A DNA stretch of 64,000 nt, taken from assembly GCA_965153355.1 (NCBI GenBank), contig OZ231126.1, positions 34,162,001 through 34,226,000 on the forward strand, in the 5' to 3' direction. This document shows, in pieces, positions 28,700-43,070 of this stretch; within the stretch, counting starts at the first letter, position 1; each line of letters begins with the position of its first letter. A program made the translations under genes and the position numbers. Below the pieces are notes generated by a model. It was not told the DNA's origin, made no database searches, and saw only the letters and a program-made list of their open reading frames with translations. Source of the DNA: Flaccisagitta enflata. Its lineage: Eukaryota.

Positions 28700-29129
28700 T
28701 CATTGACGATTTTCTTCACACCGTCTAAGGAAGTTTTGTCCAGCCATGAATGTAGAGAGAGTCAGTCGGAAATTTCGAGAGGTCATGTACGAAATTGAGG
28801 TTGCCAATCTTTTTAGGACACGATTGAGTTGTTCCGTGCCTTGGCTGCAAGAAAAAGAAACCATGTTATGAATTGGAGCACTGAATGCATTTCCGTTGGT
28901 TGCCTAGTACAGTCTATTTTTCAAGTAAAGCATTTTCAACCCCCCCCCCTTGCACATAGCCACTGTTATCAGCAGGATTACCTGTTCACGTCATCAAGAT
29001 CTTCATAAGCACGCATGTCAAATGATTGGGAGCATGAATGACCCATCATATGGAATGGATCAATAAGAATTTTTGTGTTGGCGTAGAAGAATGGTTCGCG
29101 CTTGAATGCATATCGATGGAAGTTGCATC
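28700..29129 (-). pseudogene. C-terminal two exons of a KDZ (Zisupton-like) transposase
   Basis: Exons 29129-28982 and 28844-28700 joined by a 137-bp GT-AG phase-2 intron give GCNFHRYAFKREPFFYANTKILIDPFHMMGHSCSQSFDMRAYEDLDDVNSQGTEQLNRVLKRLATSISYMTSRNFRLTLSTFMAGQNFLRRCEENRQ*. This has the KDZ-type D-x-FH-x-x-GH-x-C and NSQ-x-x-EQ-x-N motifs. Upstream exons not found. Confidence 0.8.
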
Positions 29130-29649
29130 CTGATAGAAAAAAATCATTTTGAAGGAATAGGTATTGCATTACAGGAGACATGACATTGCCATGTGCAGAA
29201 GTTGGCTCCGGTTCCCAATTTTATGTGTGGAAGGTTTTGTAAACAACCCTACCTGCAAAATTAAAAGCGGCTGTACCGTATTTGGTATATTCATTACTGT
29301 CTAGATATAAACCTTGGCTCGTCTTTGCCTGTCTAGCGGAATTTTCTGATACAACTTTTGAAGGTGGCCGGTGTGAAGGTAGAAAAGGGGTTGTCGCATT
29401 GGGTGTATTATTAAGATATAATCGAGACAATCCCTATGTTAAATCTGGATAATTTTCCCATTGCGACAACTCCTTAACCTTGTGCTATATTCTTTCCAAT
29501 ATTACTATAAAATTTTACATCATTAGAAAGCCTAGCATTTAAGCATTCCTCTATTCTTTTTATTTTTCTGATACTCCTAATACTTTAGGTATAGCAAACA
29601 AAACAAGACATTTAGTTCATGATTTCATGAGCGCTCAAGTGTGAAATAC

Positions 29650-31230
29650 AAAAAAATGCATTTTTTTTTCATTTTCTCAGGAATCATAAAAAAATATGCC
29701 TTTTTTGGCATAAATTTATGCTTAATTATTGCATTATCTATGACAAAAAATGATCATAAATTAATGGGCATTTTTTACCCATAAATTTATGGCAAAAAAA
29801 TGAAGTTTTTAAAAGATTTTCTTTGGAATCACAAATAATAATATGTTTTTGGGCATAAATTTATGCCTATTTATTGCAATAATTTATGACAAAAATTGCT
29901 CATGAATTTATGGGCAATTTGTACCCATAAATTTAGGGCACAAAAAAAAGGAGTTTTTTTATGATTTCTTTGGAATCATAAAAAATAATGTTTTTTTTTG
30001 CATAAATTTATGCCTATTTATTGCATTAATTTATGAAAAAAAATGATCATAAATTTAAGGGCGAATTGTACCCATTATTTTATGGCAAAAAAAAGCATTT
30101 TTTTGTAGGACTCATAAAAAACATCAAGTTTTTTGCCATAAATTTATGCCTATTTATTGCATTAATTTATGACAAAAAATGATCATAAATTTATGGGCAA
30201 TTTGTACCCATAAATTTATGGCAAAAAAACGCTGTATTTTTATGATTTTTTTTTTGGATCAAAACAATTTTTGTATTTTCTGCCATAAATTTATGCATAT
30301 TTTTGGCACTAATTTATGACAGAAAATGATCATAAATTTATGGGCGATTTGTACCTATAATTTTATGGCAAAAAAAGAAGCATTTTTTGTAGGATTTTTT
30401 TTTTTTTGAATCATAAAAAATTGTATGTTTTTTCGCATAAATTTATGCCTTTTTATTGCATTAATTTATGACAAAAAATGGTCATAAATTTATGGGCAAT
30501 TTGTGTCCATAAATTTATGGCAAAAAAACGCTGTTTTTTATGATTTTCTTTGGAATCATAAAAAATTTTATGTTTTTTGCCATAAATTTATGCATATTTT
30601 TGGCATTAATTTATGGCCTAGAATGATCATAAATTTATGGGCAATTTGTGTCCATAAATTTATGGCAAAAACCCGTTTTTATGATTTTCTTTGGAATCAT
30701 AAAAATCATTTGTTTTGCCATAAATTTATGCATATTTTTAGCATTAATTTATGGCCAAAAATGATCATAAATTTATGGGCAATTTGTCCCCATAAATTTG
30801 GCAATAAAACGCTGTTTTTATGATTTTCTTCGGAATCATAAAAATTTTATGTTTTGCCATAAATTTATGCATATTTTGGCATTAATTTATGGCCTAAATG
30901 ATCATAAATTTATGGGCAATTTGTGTCCATAAATTTATGGCAAAAAATGTTTTTTTATGATTTTCTTTGGAATCATAAAATCTTATGTTTTTTGCCATAA
31001 ATTTATGCATATTTTTGGCATTAATTTATGGCCAAAAATGATCATAAATTTATGGGCAATAGGTACCCATAAATTTATGGCAAAAGAATGCAGTCTTTTT
31101 ATGATTTCCTTTGGAATCATAAAAAATCATATATTTTTTCGCATAAATTTATGGAAAAAAACTCCATAAATTTATTGGTACCTATTGCCCATAAATTTAT
31201 GGCATAAAACTACCATAAATTTATGAGCCT
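29650..31230 (-). repeat. Right arm: inverted copy of the CATAAATTTATG satellite
   Basis: Variant units mirror the left arm (gagtcctacaaaaa ~24656 vs tttttgtaggactc ~30100; ttcctgagaaaatg ~25079 vs cattttctcaggaa ~29670). Confidence 0.9.
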
Positions 31231-32262
31231 GAATCGGCTATGATATACCTGAAGGAAATTCACCCCTGTATCCTACAGGACATTGGTCCTTTGGGCCGCT
31301 GCCCTGCTCTCACTCAACTTCTTCAGCTGATCACTCCAAGCAGGGCATCGGGTACCGCTGACCATTTGCGATCCTTTGATGACTTGTTTTTTCATGTGGA
31401 GTTTTTTGTTGTGTGGAAAAGTCGCTGATTACCTCTCGACTTGCACTTAAGAGTTGCTCGAGGCTTTACTCCCTTTTCAGCCGTTTCGCTTCACTGATGG
31501 CTCACAATTTGTTGCATTCACCTATTTCCGTTTTACCCCTCCCCAACACTTTCTCTCTTTCCTTCTTTCTCTCTTTTTCTCGCAATATTTCTGCTTCTCT
31601 TTCTGCGTCTTCCTATGTCCTTTCTTCGGTCGGTTCGTCTAAAATCTCGCAGATGACACATCCAGTTGCCGAATCGGGTTTCTTGTCTAAATTCAACTTT
31701 CCCCTTTGGTTTGTTTCTTTCTTAGTTGCGGATTTGCAGCTCCATAAGAGCTTTGTCCGTCCGTAGGTCCGTCCATCGGTCCGCCCGTCGGTCCATCTGT
31801 TTGTTGGTTTGTGTCGAAAAGCATCAAAAGTGCAACAATATTGTGACCCCGCGTCACTTGTTCGTTGCGGACTAGCACCTCTATAAGATACTTTGTCCCT
31901 CCGTCGTCCATCCGTTCGTCAGTCTGTGTGTCCATTGGTCCGCCTGTCTTTCCATCTGTCGGTCACGCTCAAGTTGATGGGTATGAAAACGCGTATTATC
32001 GATATTGCAGTTTTGATAGCCTTTTTGTATGTGGGGGCGGGTCAGGGGTTGGGTGAGGATGGTGTATGTACGCCCATGCCCATCTGTCCGCAACAATATC
32101 GTGACCCCGGGTTACTAGTTTGTCACTACTCTGCAAGAAGCGCTGCCCGTCTTTCGATCCGTCCGTCTGTCACCACAAGTGAAATGGCACGTTTCCCACT
32201 TCCCATCCACGAACAATATTGTAAACCCGTGTACTTGTTACTTGTTTCTTTTATCTCCCTTT

Positions 32263-32302
<40 letters not shown>

Positions 32303-32310
32303 TCGTTCGT

Positions 32311-32346
<36 letters not shown>

Positions 32347-32350
32347 TCGT

Positions 32351-32410
<60 letters not shown>

Positions 32411-32422
32411 TCCTTCTTTCCT

Positions 32423-32511
<89 letters not shown>

Positions 32512-32781
32512 ATTTTTTGATACTTTGTTTCTTTTTTGTTTCTTTTTTTCTTTCTTTTTTTCTTTGTTTCTTCCTTTCTTCTTTTTTACTTTCTTGTTTC
32601 CTTCTTTTTTCGTTCATACTTTCTCATATCTAATATACTATCTCACATAAACATTTCCTCTTTCTTGATTTCGCCCATATTTCCATACTTCTTTCTTACA
32701 TCTTCCTTTCCCCCCTTCAGCCTTCTGTACTCTGCTAATCCTTATTTCATTTGCCTCTGTACTTTTCCTCTCTTTTTGCAG

Positions 32782-32917
32782 TATGACTATCGGTGTTTTG
32801 GGGGTTGAAGAAGAGACTCTCGTGGTTCCGGAAGGTGAGACGATCGCCCTCGAGTGCAGAACGGATCAACAGAGCGTCGTCTGGATCAAGGCGGAGACAG
32901 ACGCCACGCCGATGTCG
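32782..32917 (+). CDS. Internal exon of an immunoglobulin-superfamily protein (end of signal peptide plus start of an Ig domain)
   Basis: ctctttttgcag| ... |gtgagt; encodes MTIGVLGVEEETLVVPEGETIALECRTDQQSVVWIKAETDATPMS, with Ig A'-B-C strand pattern (V.EGE...L.C, V.W.K); GC-rich island. Confidence 0.8.
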
Positions 32918-32958
32918 GTGAGTTCACTCAAACATTGCATCGACTCTCTGTCTGTCAC

Positions 32959-33192
<234 letters not shown>

Positions 33193-33897
33193 GAGCGGTT
33201 TTTTTTTTTTGCAAGATTGATGTTTTTTGTTTTGTTATGTTATTCGTGTCTTGTTATTTTTGTTCCTTTTTACGCCACAGCAATGGTGAACGGATGACAA
33301 TGATCAAATAAAGCGGTTTTCTTGTATGATCCATGTTTGTTATGTTGATTTTTTTTCCTAGAAAAGGCAAAACATTTCAGATGAAATTCAGTTTTTCTGT
33401 TTATTCTTTTAGAAAATCAACCGTCTTTAGTACCTTTCCAAATCTTTTCTCTGCAAAAAAAAAAAAAAAAAGCCTTTAAAAATATCTTTTTTTACCAACT
33501 TTTCTTTGCCAAACAAATCTTTTCAATACTAAAACTAAAACGACAGGGGGAAATAAGGAAAAATGAATTTCATGGTCTAAAACAGATGGGGGGGGGGAGA
33601 AATAAAGAAGTAAAAGAAATATGTGATTAAGGCAAGAGTATAGATATGTTTTGCTTGTTTGATGATGGGGAAATCTCCGTATTTGGCCTTGGCGTTGTTC
33701 GGCCCTCTCGCGGTTCGGCCGGTTAAACTAGCGCCTGTTCGCGCGGCTGCGAGCCTCGTTCCAGAGCTTTGTTTCGCGTGTTTTCCCAAAGGAAACAAGA
33801 ACGACTTTTTGAAATTGCTGCGGATGACACGTGCATAATAACAAAGCCTTTGATTACAAAATGAATTTCTGTTGCGGTAGAGCTACAAACCGGCCTA

Positions 33898-33955
<58 letters not shown>

Positions 33956-34268
33956 TGTGAGTGTGAGTGTGTGTGTGTGTGTGTGTTTCTATCAGTCTCG
34001 GTCAGCTGGCCATTTGGTCAGTCCGCTAGGAATATGTTGCTTTTTCGGCGTTTATGGGCAACTCTGTCATCACTGCTCCTGCCCAAGTGCTTGAATAATA
34101 TTTCTCATCACTGCCCCTGCCCACCTGCACGCGACTTGGGTAGCCGTGTATCCGGCCTTGTATAGATAGACCTGAGGCCTCCATATTAGTTAAAGCAGAA
34201 AAACAAATGCACACAATTGCGACGGTGTTGTGACATGATACGAGAAAATGAGAGACACGGAAACAAGC

Positions 34269-34364
<96 letters not shown>

Positions 34365-34842
34365 GCGCGCGTGCACGAACACGCTCATTCGCCGAATCAA
34401 ACTATTGGAAAACAATTACATTTACACATTTTCAGGTCAGACTCGCAGACAAACTGATGTCGCTTTTTTTCTTTTAAATAATTCTCTTTACCACTCGGAA
34501 GGAAAATTGAAAACGCGTATTCAAGAATAAATTAAGAGAGGTAAACATAGTTTAGACGCCAGTGACGCCTGTGGCATTTGCGTCGTTGTCGAAAAGTATC
34601 GTGAGACCGTCGCTTCTCCGAGCTGCCATGAGCTTTACCAAGAAAATTCTATTTGCTGATCCCTTTAGAACCAACTCACAACGCGACGGGAACGGCATCT
34701 CCTCCGGTGACGTTTGAATTGGTAGACAGAGAGACGAGAGATATTAAGAAACAGACTGACAGACTGACTGACATGCCCACAGACAGACATGCAGACAGAA
34801 AGACAGACTGAAATTCACACTGACAGTTAGACAGACACAACG

Positions 34843-34882
<40 letters not shown>

Positions 34883-36220
34883 TGACAGACAGAGAGACAC
34901 AGACAGATCGTCAGACAGACAGACACAACGAGACAGACAGACAGACAGACGGGCAGAAAGAGACATCCAGACAGGCAGGCAGGCAGACAGAAAGGCTGGC
35001 TGGCTGTCACTTGTCAGAAAGACTGACAGGCAGGCGGTCAGATAGACAGCGAAACAGAAAATGAATGAAATTAATTAGTAGAATGATGGATAAAATGGAT
35101 TGTGCAAACACTAATCCGTTTTACGGAACCGGAACAGACAATCAGGCCCATTGACAATCGAACAGAAAGCATAATAGTCAGACAGACAGACAGATAGACA
35201 GACAGACAGACAGACCGACACAGACAGACAGACCGACACAGACAGACAGACAGACAGATAGACAGACAGACAGACAGACACACAGACTGACAGTTAGTCG
35301 GACAGACGGACAGACAGATAGACTGTCAGACAGACAGACAGATAGACAGACAGACAGGGAGCTGGACGATTCCCTTCAGAGTTGGAAGTTTTTCGAGTGT
35401 CGCATTTTGTCATTTCGGCCTTGTGAGCGACGCAATCGAATAAAAAGCCAATGTAACACACGAGAATTGAATTACAGTTGTAAATTTAATATTTTTCTCT
35501 CAAATTTTTCCCCCTTTTTTTTGGGGGGGGGGCTGGAGAATCTACTGTAAACCAGTGCACTGCAGATGTGTCGCTTGATCGTACCATGTTCGATTTTTTT
35601 CTCTCTGTTTCCTTTCCTTCTCCCCTCATCTTTTTTTCCTTTTATCATTTTCCTTACGTTTATCGATTTCTTTGATTATTTTCTTCTTAGCTTTTTTTGG
35701 TCTTACTCTGTTTGTTTGCTTCAATATTAACCTCATTCATTTTCGCTTTATAGAATATAGTGACTAGGGAGCCTCTTGAGTGTTGACCAAGCGCCAGACT
35801 GCCGTGCCATCACTAAACAACCTCTTACATCATTATAGTCTTCTTCGACTCATCGACTTCTAATTCACTCTCCGGCTCTCAAATCTTCCTTTTATATCCC
35901 AATATCCACCGGTTAATGTAGAGAAATGATTCACCGTGGCGCTTTTGTGAGTGAAAAACCGAGGTAGCAATCGCGGTTTAATAGCATTAATAACTGCAAT
36001 CCAAGGAAAGTCATCTACACTTGGTTTCCCACGTTTTCGTCTTTGACGTCTTTTATTTCCGTAGTTATTCATTCTTCCCGCTGCTGGTCTGCCGTGCTGC
36101 CGCCCTCTGCCGATGCGCTGCGCTGCCATCTGGTTTTAAGTTTATATTTGCGTTTTAATGACTTGTTTTTCTGCCGTCCGCGAACAAGAATATCGCAGAT
36201 GAATTCCTTTGAATCGCTTT

Positions 36221-36665
36221 TTTTAGTCGCGTGCTACGCGACTCTACACCCTGCTTTGTCCGTCGGTTGGTCGGTCGGTCACACTTTACTTTCTTTATGT
36301 TTTTTGTTCTTCGACCATACTGCTCCTGCCCAAATGCTCTGGTGACCTCAAATATGGTTCCTGCCCACCCGCACGCGACTGGGGTAGCCGTGTATCCGGC
36401 CTTGTTTTCTTATGTTTTTCATTTTTACACATCATTCATACACATCATTTATACACATCTTTTTCTTTCACTTTTCATTTTTTCATTTTTAGTTGCGGAC
36501 ACGCAACTCTATTAGAGGCTTTGTCCATCCGTCGGTCCGTCGGTCCGTCCATCCGTCCGTCGGTCAGTCCGTTGGTCCGTAATGATTGAGTCGAAAAGTG
36601 AGACAACGCGCATTTCCGCCCCTGCCCACCCATCCGCAACTGGTGGCCGTGTATCCGGCCTTGTT
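36221..36665 (+). mobile_element. Two adjacent HINE family A copies (36221-36406, 36487-36665)
   Basis: Each has the TTTAGT(C/T)GCG head, GTCC/GGTC repeats and the GCCGTGTATCCGGCCTTGTT tail. Confidence 0.7.
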
Positions 36666-36786
36666 TCCTTTCATCATTGTTCTGTTTCCAAATGAAAATC
36701 TTGTGCTATTCTGTGGCTCTTTCTCTGGATTTCTACGCCCGCGCCTGTCTTTTTATTCCTCAGTCTAGCTCTGTCTCCTTCTTTTT

Positions 36787-37380
36787 GGGCAGCGGCCCCA
36801 AAGGGCCAATGTCCTGTAGAACACAGGGGGGAATTTCGAGACGTCCGTCCATCCGTCCGTCCGTCCGTCCGTCCGTCCCCCCCTGTTGAGCATCAAGGCT
36901 TAAAACTAGCCCTCCCGGGCCTCAAATTAGCCCTCCAGGGCCTCAAATTAGCCCTCTTGGGCCTCAAATTAGCCCTCCCAGGCCTCAATTTAGCCCTCAA
37001 GGCCTCAAATCAGCCCTCATAACTTGAAATTAGCCTCCCCCATGCCTCAAATCCACCCTCCAGACCTCAAATCTGCCCTCCAGACCTTCAATCAGCCTTA
37101 CAGGCATCAAATCAGCCCTGCAAACCTCAAATCTGCTCTTCAAGCCTTGATTCTGCCCTCCAAGCCTGAGATATGCCCCCAGTGGCCTGAGTCAGCCATC
37201 TAAAAGCTGAAATATGCCCCCTCAGGACGGACGGACGTCTCGAAATTCCCCCCTGTGTTCTACAGGACATCGGCCGTTTTGGGCTGCTGCCCTGCTCTCA
37301 CTCCACCTCTTCGCTGGATCACTACCAGCAGGGCATCGGGTACCGCTGACCATGTGCGATCCTTGGATGACTAGTTGTTT
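36787..37380 (+). mobile_element. HINE-like family B2, full copy
   Basis: GGGCAGCGGCCCC head, (GTCC)n, 21-bp ggcctcaaattagccctc array, tail GGGCATCGGGTACCGCTGACC. Confidence 0.7.
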
Positions 37381-37416
37381 GTCTGTCTGTCTGTCTGTCT
37401 GTTTGTGTGTGTGTGT

Positions 37417-37517
<101 letters not shown>

Positions 37518-37589
37518 AATTCCCCCATAGATCTTCGGCGGTTCCATGAAATAAACATACATTTATTTTGCGACGTGACTCGTTTTTTA

Positions 37590-37913
37590 CAGGGGTGTAT
37601 ATTCTTGAGTCGCTTTTGATTTTTTCCCCCCCCTGCCTTTGATTTTCTTCCCCGCGACGCGCCGCGTCGTGTTTTTTTATCCATGATTTTCTTCCTCATA
37701 TAGCAATAAAACTATGTAGTTAAGGTTTAAATAGTGTTAAATTGTGTTCTACTAATTGAGCTTTATGATTTGGTACTGTAAAAAGTTATATTTTCCCCAA
37801 ATTTCCTTTTTTTCTCTTTTTCCCCCCTTAGATTTCCTTCCCCATCTCCAGACCCTTTGATTTTTTTCCCCCCCCCCACCGGGGGGGGGAAAACTCAAGA
37901 ATATACAGGCCTG
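37590..37913 (-). mobile_element. hAT-type MITE, copy 2
   Basis: Reverse complement of 13944-14266; own perfect 8-bp TSD GTTTTTTA. Confidence 0.9.
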
Positions 37914-40028
37914 GTTTTTTATTAATTTTTTTCTTTCTGATGCTTTTACAATCATTTTCTATGGTTTCCATTTTTCAATTTCAACGGAAAAAGCAAGTAC
38001 AGATTGCGCCAACGATGCAGTATAACGTTATTCGCATTTTACATTTTACAGTCTGTTCTCTTAAAATAACTCCATTTACTGCGAATATCATAATATCATG
38101 TGTTCTGTGTCATTTTAAAAAATGTTACCAATTTTTATCCGAGTTATCCAGACCACAAGAAAACATCTGAGAAATACTTAACATTTTATATTTTACAATG
38201 AAAAATTTCAACTAATTTTCATTTGATATTGGAAGGAGGTAAAATTACAGAGACTCAACCAGTTCTGCCTTTCATGTTTTCTTTTTTTCTTTTCTTATAT
38301 CTGCATTTCTTTTGTCCTATGTTTTTCTCACTCTCAGCTTCATGGCGGCACCGATGAGGGCGTTGTCCTGGAAAGAGGGAAGTGTTCGCAGCGTCGCTGC
38401 CGCCGCCGCTTCTGACGCTGTTATTTGTTTTGAAGAGCCACTTTAGAAGGCAACTCGGACGCTCTCAGGGGGTTTCAAGTTTCTGACGAGAAAACTCCCA
38501 CAGTTCCCCTTTTGTTTTTGTTCTTTTATCTCAAAGTTTTTTGTTGTTGTTGTTGTTGCTCATTTTTTTTTCTGCCATTTTTTTTGTCTTGGTTGATTGC
38601 TGTACCTTCTCGTCGTCATCGTTGTTTCTTGATTTTTAGGTGCTACAAAGCACCTCTATTATTGGCTGTGTCCGTCTGTCGGTCTGTCGGTCGGTCTGTA
38701 ACGCATTCGTTCGACGATCCACACGTCGCACCTTATTGGCCTACTTGGCCTTGTTTGTTTTCTCTTGCAAAATGACATATCTATAATGACATGAAAATTA
38801 ACAAGCCCGATCGGGCAACTAGATGCGTCATCTGCGTGATATTAGAAGAGGCGTAACGGACGGACGGACGGACGGAGCGACGGACCGACGGACGGTGCGA
38901 CGGACGGACAGACCCTCTTATAGAGATGCGATGACGCATCTAAAAATAGAAAGTTCTCATGTTTTCATGTACACTCAACTTGTTTAATAACAAAATTATT
39001 GGAAATTTTAAAAGAAAATGAGGTGTTCTGTTATTGAATTTCCCTTACCTAATGAAGATCCTAGTGCTTCTAATGATTAGAAATTGCTCGGTCTCAGACG
39101 CAGACTAACTAATCATCATGTGGAGAAGCGGCAATCTTAAATTTCCATTTCCTTTTAAAATCCACTCAAGATGAAATTTATTGAGCGAGTAGGCCGAGAA
39201 ACGAACCCTTTTAATCAAGAATAAGCTTGACAAGAGTCTGATTTGAGAGAAAAAGAAAATGAGAACATTATTGGCGGCATTTGTCACGTGCGTATTGTAC
39301 CTTAGACTTTTTTGTTTGGCATCATTTACAACTGGCTTGAGCCTTGAAGATTGGGTTAAATGGCAAAAAGATAACCAACATTCTTGTCCCAATATAACAG
39401 GGTCAGGTGATTTTAACTGACGGACAATTGTGTAGGACCTAGACTTAGCATTACTTGTTAAACAAGGGGTAATTCCTATTCCTAAACCAAGCTGTTTCTC
39501 TTCAAGCGCGCGGTTTCTTTATGAATATTTTTTTTCGTCCGAGGAAATGGTTATAACAAATGAGAGCCTAATGAGAATTACTGGCAACGCTATTCTCGTT
39601 TGCAACCGGCTTTGATGAATCTCCCACATGAATAATGAGGCCGGATAAAGGGTCGCGCACTGCGTGAGTGCGGCTGACGGGGATTTATAACGCAATGAAT
39701 GAATCTTGGTTACAATCAAAGGAAAATATCTACGTTTATGATTATCTACAGCATATTAGCTTTTTTCACCATTGAAAAGGATTAAGGAAAAATCAATACC
39801 AGGCATACAATTGTAAGGATAAAGTAAATGTACTATACTTGGATCAAAAACAGTAAAACACCGTTATCACGATTCACTAACCCAAGAGCAGGAATGGTTA
39901 AAACAAAAAGGAAATCCTGTTCCCTCTGCATTGTTTCTTCTAATCTTGATATTGGCAAAAAAAATGCATCTAACTTAAAAAGTTTATTGATCCCTTGATA
40001 TCCGTCATTGCGGGGATCGACTTCCCAT

Positions 40029-42093
40029 TTTTAGTCGCGTGCACGCGACTCTACAACCCGCTCCGTCGGTCGGTCGGTCCGTCGGTCGGTCCGTCGGTAA
40101 CACTTTGCTTTTTTGCGTCTTTTTGGGTCATCTGGAGTTATTTTGAGTCAATTTTTTGTTGTTTTTGGGAATTATTGGTTGCTTTTAGTCATTTTTGGTC
40201 ATTTTTGGTCATTTTTGGTCATTGGGTCATTTTGGTCATTTTGGTCATTTTGGTCATTTTGGTCATTTTTGGTCAATTTTGGTCATTTTTGATCAATTTT
40301 GATCAATTTTGATCATTTTTGATCATTTGTGATCATTTTTGGTCATTTTTGGTCATTTTTTGTCATTTTGGTCATTTTGGTCACTTTGGTCGTTTTGGTT
40401 ATTTTTGGTCATTTTTTGCCATTTTTGATCATTTTTGATTATTTTTGATCTTTTTTTTTCATTTTTGGTCATTTTGGTCATTTTTGGTCATTTTTGGTCA
40501 TTTTTTGGTCTTTTTTGGTCATTTTGGTCATTTTGGTCATTTTTGGTCATTTTTGATCATTATCGGTCATTTTGGTCATTTTTGATCATTTTTGGTCATT
40601 TTGGTTATTTTGGTTATTTTGGTTATTTTGGTAATTTTGGTCATTTTGGTCATTTTTGGTCATTTTTGGTCTTTTTTGGTCATTTTTGGTCATTTTTGGT
40701 CATTTTTGGTCATTTTTGATCATTTTTGATCATTTTTGATCATTTTTGATCATTTTGGTCATTTTTGGTCATCTTTGGTCATTTTGGTCATTTTGGTCAT
40801 TTTTGTTCATTTTTTGTCATTTTTGGTCATTTTTAGTCATTTAGGTCATTTTGATCATTTTTGGTCGTTTTCGGTCATTTTTGATCATTTTTTATCATTT
40901 TTTATCATTTCTGGTCATTTTTGGTCATTTTGGTCAATTTGGTCATTTTTGGTCATTTTGGTCATTTTGATCATTTAGGTCATTTAGGTCATTTTTGGTC
41001 ATTTTTGGTCATTTTGGTCATATTTGGTCATTTTGGTCATTTTTGGTCATTTTTGGTCATTTTTGGTCATTTTTGGTCATTTTGGTCAATTTGGTCATTT
41101 TTGGTCATTTTTGGTCATTTTTGGTTGAAGTCTGCTGGTTAAAGTCTGCTGGTTGAAGTCTGCTGATAAAAGTCTGCTGGTTAAAGTCTGCAGGTTAGAG
41201 TCTGCTGGTTAAAGTCTGCTGGGTAAAGTCTGATGGTTAAAGTCTCATGGTTTAAATCTGCTGGTTTAAATCTGCTGGTTCAAGTCTGCTGGTTGAAATC
41301 TGCTGGTTTAAATCTGCTGGTTAAAGTCTGCTGGTTCAAGTCTGCTGGTTTGAATTTAATGGTTTCAGTCTGCTGGTTTTAGTCTGCTGGTTGAAATTAT
41401 ATTAAAGATGAGTATGGTTTAATTCTGGTTTAAGTCTGGTTTAAGTCTGGTTTAAGTCTGGTTTAAGTCTGGTTTAGGTATGGTTTAAGTCTGGTTAAAG
41501 TCTGGTTTAAGTGTGGTTTACATCTGGTTTAAGTCTGGATTAAGTCTGGTTTAAGACTGGTTCATGTCTGATTTATGTCTGGTTTAGGTCTGGGTTAGGT
41601 CTGGTTTAGGTCTGGTCTATGTTTGGTTTTTGTCTGGTTTATGTTTGATTTAGGTCTGATTTAGGTCTGGTTTTGGTCTGGTTCTGGTCTGGTTTGATTC
41701 TGGTTTGAGTCTGGTTTGAGTCTGGTTTGTGTCTGGTTTGAGTCTGGTTTGATTCTGGTTTGAGCCAGGTTTGAGCCTGGTTTCGGTCTGGTTTAAGTCT
41801 GGTTTGAGTCTGGTTTGAGTCTGGTTTGAGTCTGGTTTGAGTCTGGTTTGAGTCTGGTTTGAGTCTGGCTTAAATCTGGTTTATGTCTGGTTTATGTCTG
41901 ATTTAGGTCTGGTTTAGGTCTGGTTTCGGTCTGGTTTAATTCTGGTTTGAGTCTGGTTTGAGTCTGGTTTGAGTCTAGTTTGAGTCTTTTTGGGTTGCGT
42001 TTAAGTCTGATTTTTGATAAAAAGATACAATAAGGAGTCAGGTCAGTTCAGTTATTTTTGTCCTGCACGCGACTTATAGGTGTTGGCCTTGTT
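40029..42093 (+). mobile_element. HINE family A copy expanded by three successive minisatellites
   Basis: Head AGTCGCGTGCACGCGACTCTA; (TTTTGGTCA)n ~40190-41125; (AAGTCTGCTGGTT[A/G])n ~41125-41395; (TCTGGTTTGAG)n ~41420-41990; tail GCACGCGACT...GGCCTTGTT. Confidence 0.75.
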
Positions 42094-42982
42094 TATTAAA
42101 CATGGCTGTTTATATTCATTTCATCTGTCCACCTCTGCTTTTGTCCTGGTTCTCTGATCTACCCGTATACCCGTGTATGATGTATGTTATGATGCTCCCG
42201 CTAGCTCAATGATTTCTAAGTGCGTCAGACCACATATATAAGAGGCAATGTCCATCGGTCGGTCAATTAGTCATCCGGTTGGTCGATTTGTCGGTAACGC
42301 AAACTTATTTTTTGCCCAACTTTGCCTCATTTGGTTGTGTTAAGGTTTGTTAGTACATTTAGGAAACACCATTTTCCGTACGTGTGGAAAAACAAAAGCG
42401 ATCTACTCGTTTGTCAGTGTTTCCTGTCCAAGCAATGACATCAAAATCTTGAAGCTCTGCGAATGATCTTTCAAATGAGACCTTGCTAATTGCTGGTTGC
42501 ACCGGTTGTCCTAGCTCTGTCCGTAAAGAAATGGTAGGATGTCAAGAATTTGAAAATTCGCCGCGTGATTTTCATGTTTTAACTTTGTTGCGCATCCCTT
42601 CCTCTGTCCGACTGCCTAAAAAGCCCCTGCCCATCCCTACGTGATGGAGTTTTCCTGTATACGGCCTTAATTTTCAATTCGTTCGATTTGAAATCGAGTA
42701 AAGGTTTTTTGTTGTTGTATTTCGAAATAAATTCTTTCGAGAGAATTTCTTGTTTACGCACCATTTCGCCGCAATTTCACGGGAGAAGTTTTTTGGGGGG
42801 ACGAGGAGGTATTCCTCTCCCCCCCTCCCCTTTTTTTTTCAAGAAAAAGAAAACAAAGGTGTTTTCTCTTTTCGTCAGTTGTCGCGCAAGCCTAGAGTCA
42901 CTGAAATCGATTTTGTTCCAACCCCATTCCGACTATCCGTCTTTCTGACTCGGTGTGCGCGCGCGCGTGCATTTGTGTGTGT

Positions 42983-43070
<88 letters not shown>

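Noticed and set aside
29130-29430. ORF 29221-29430 as the upstream KDZ exon
   Set aside because: A phase-compatible GT exists (FNFAG|gtaggg), but the peptide lacks the expected YD-x-x-C and C-x-HG motifs; unsupported.
34669-34706. Possible small exon EPTHNATGTASPP
   Set aside because: Weak donor, phase does not match the Ig exon, and no domain signal.
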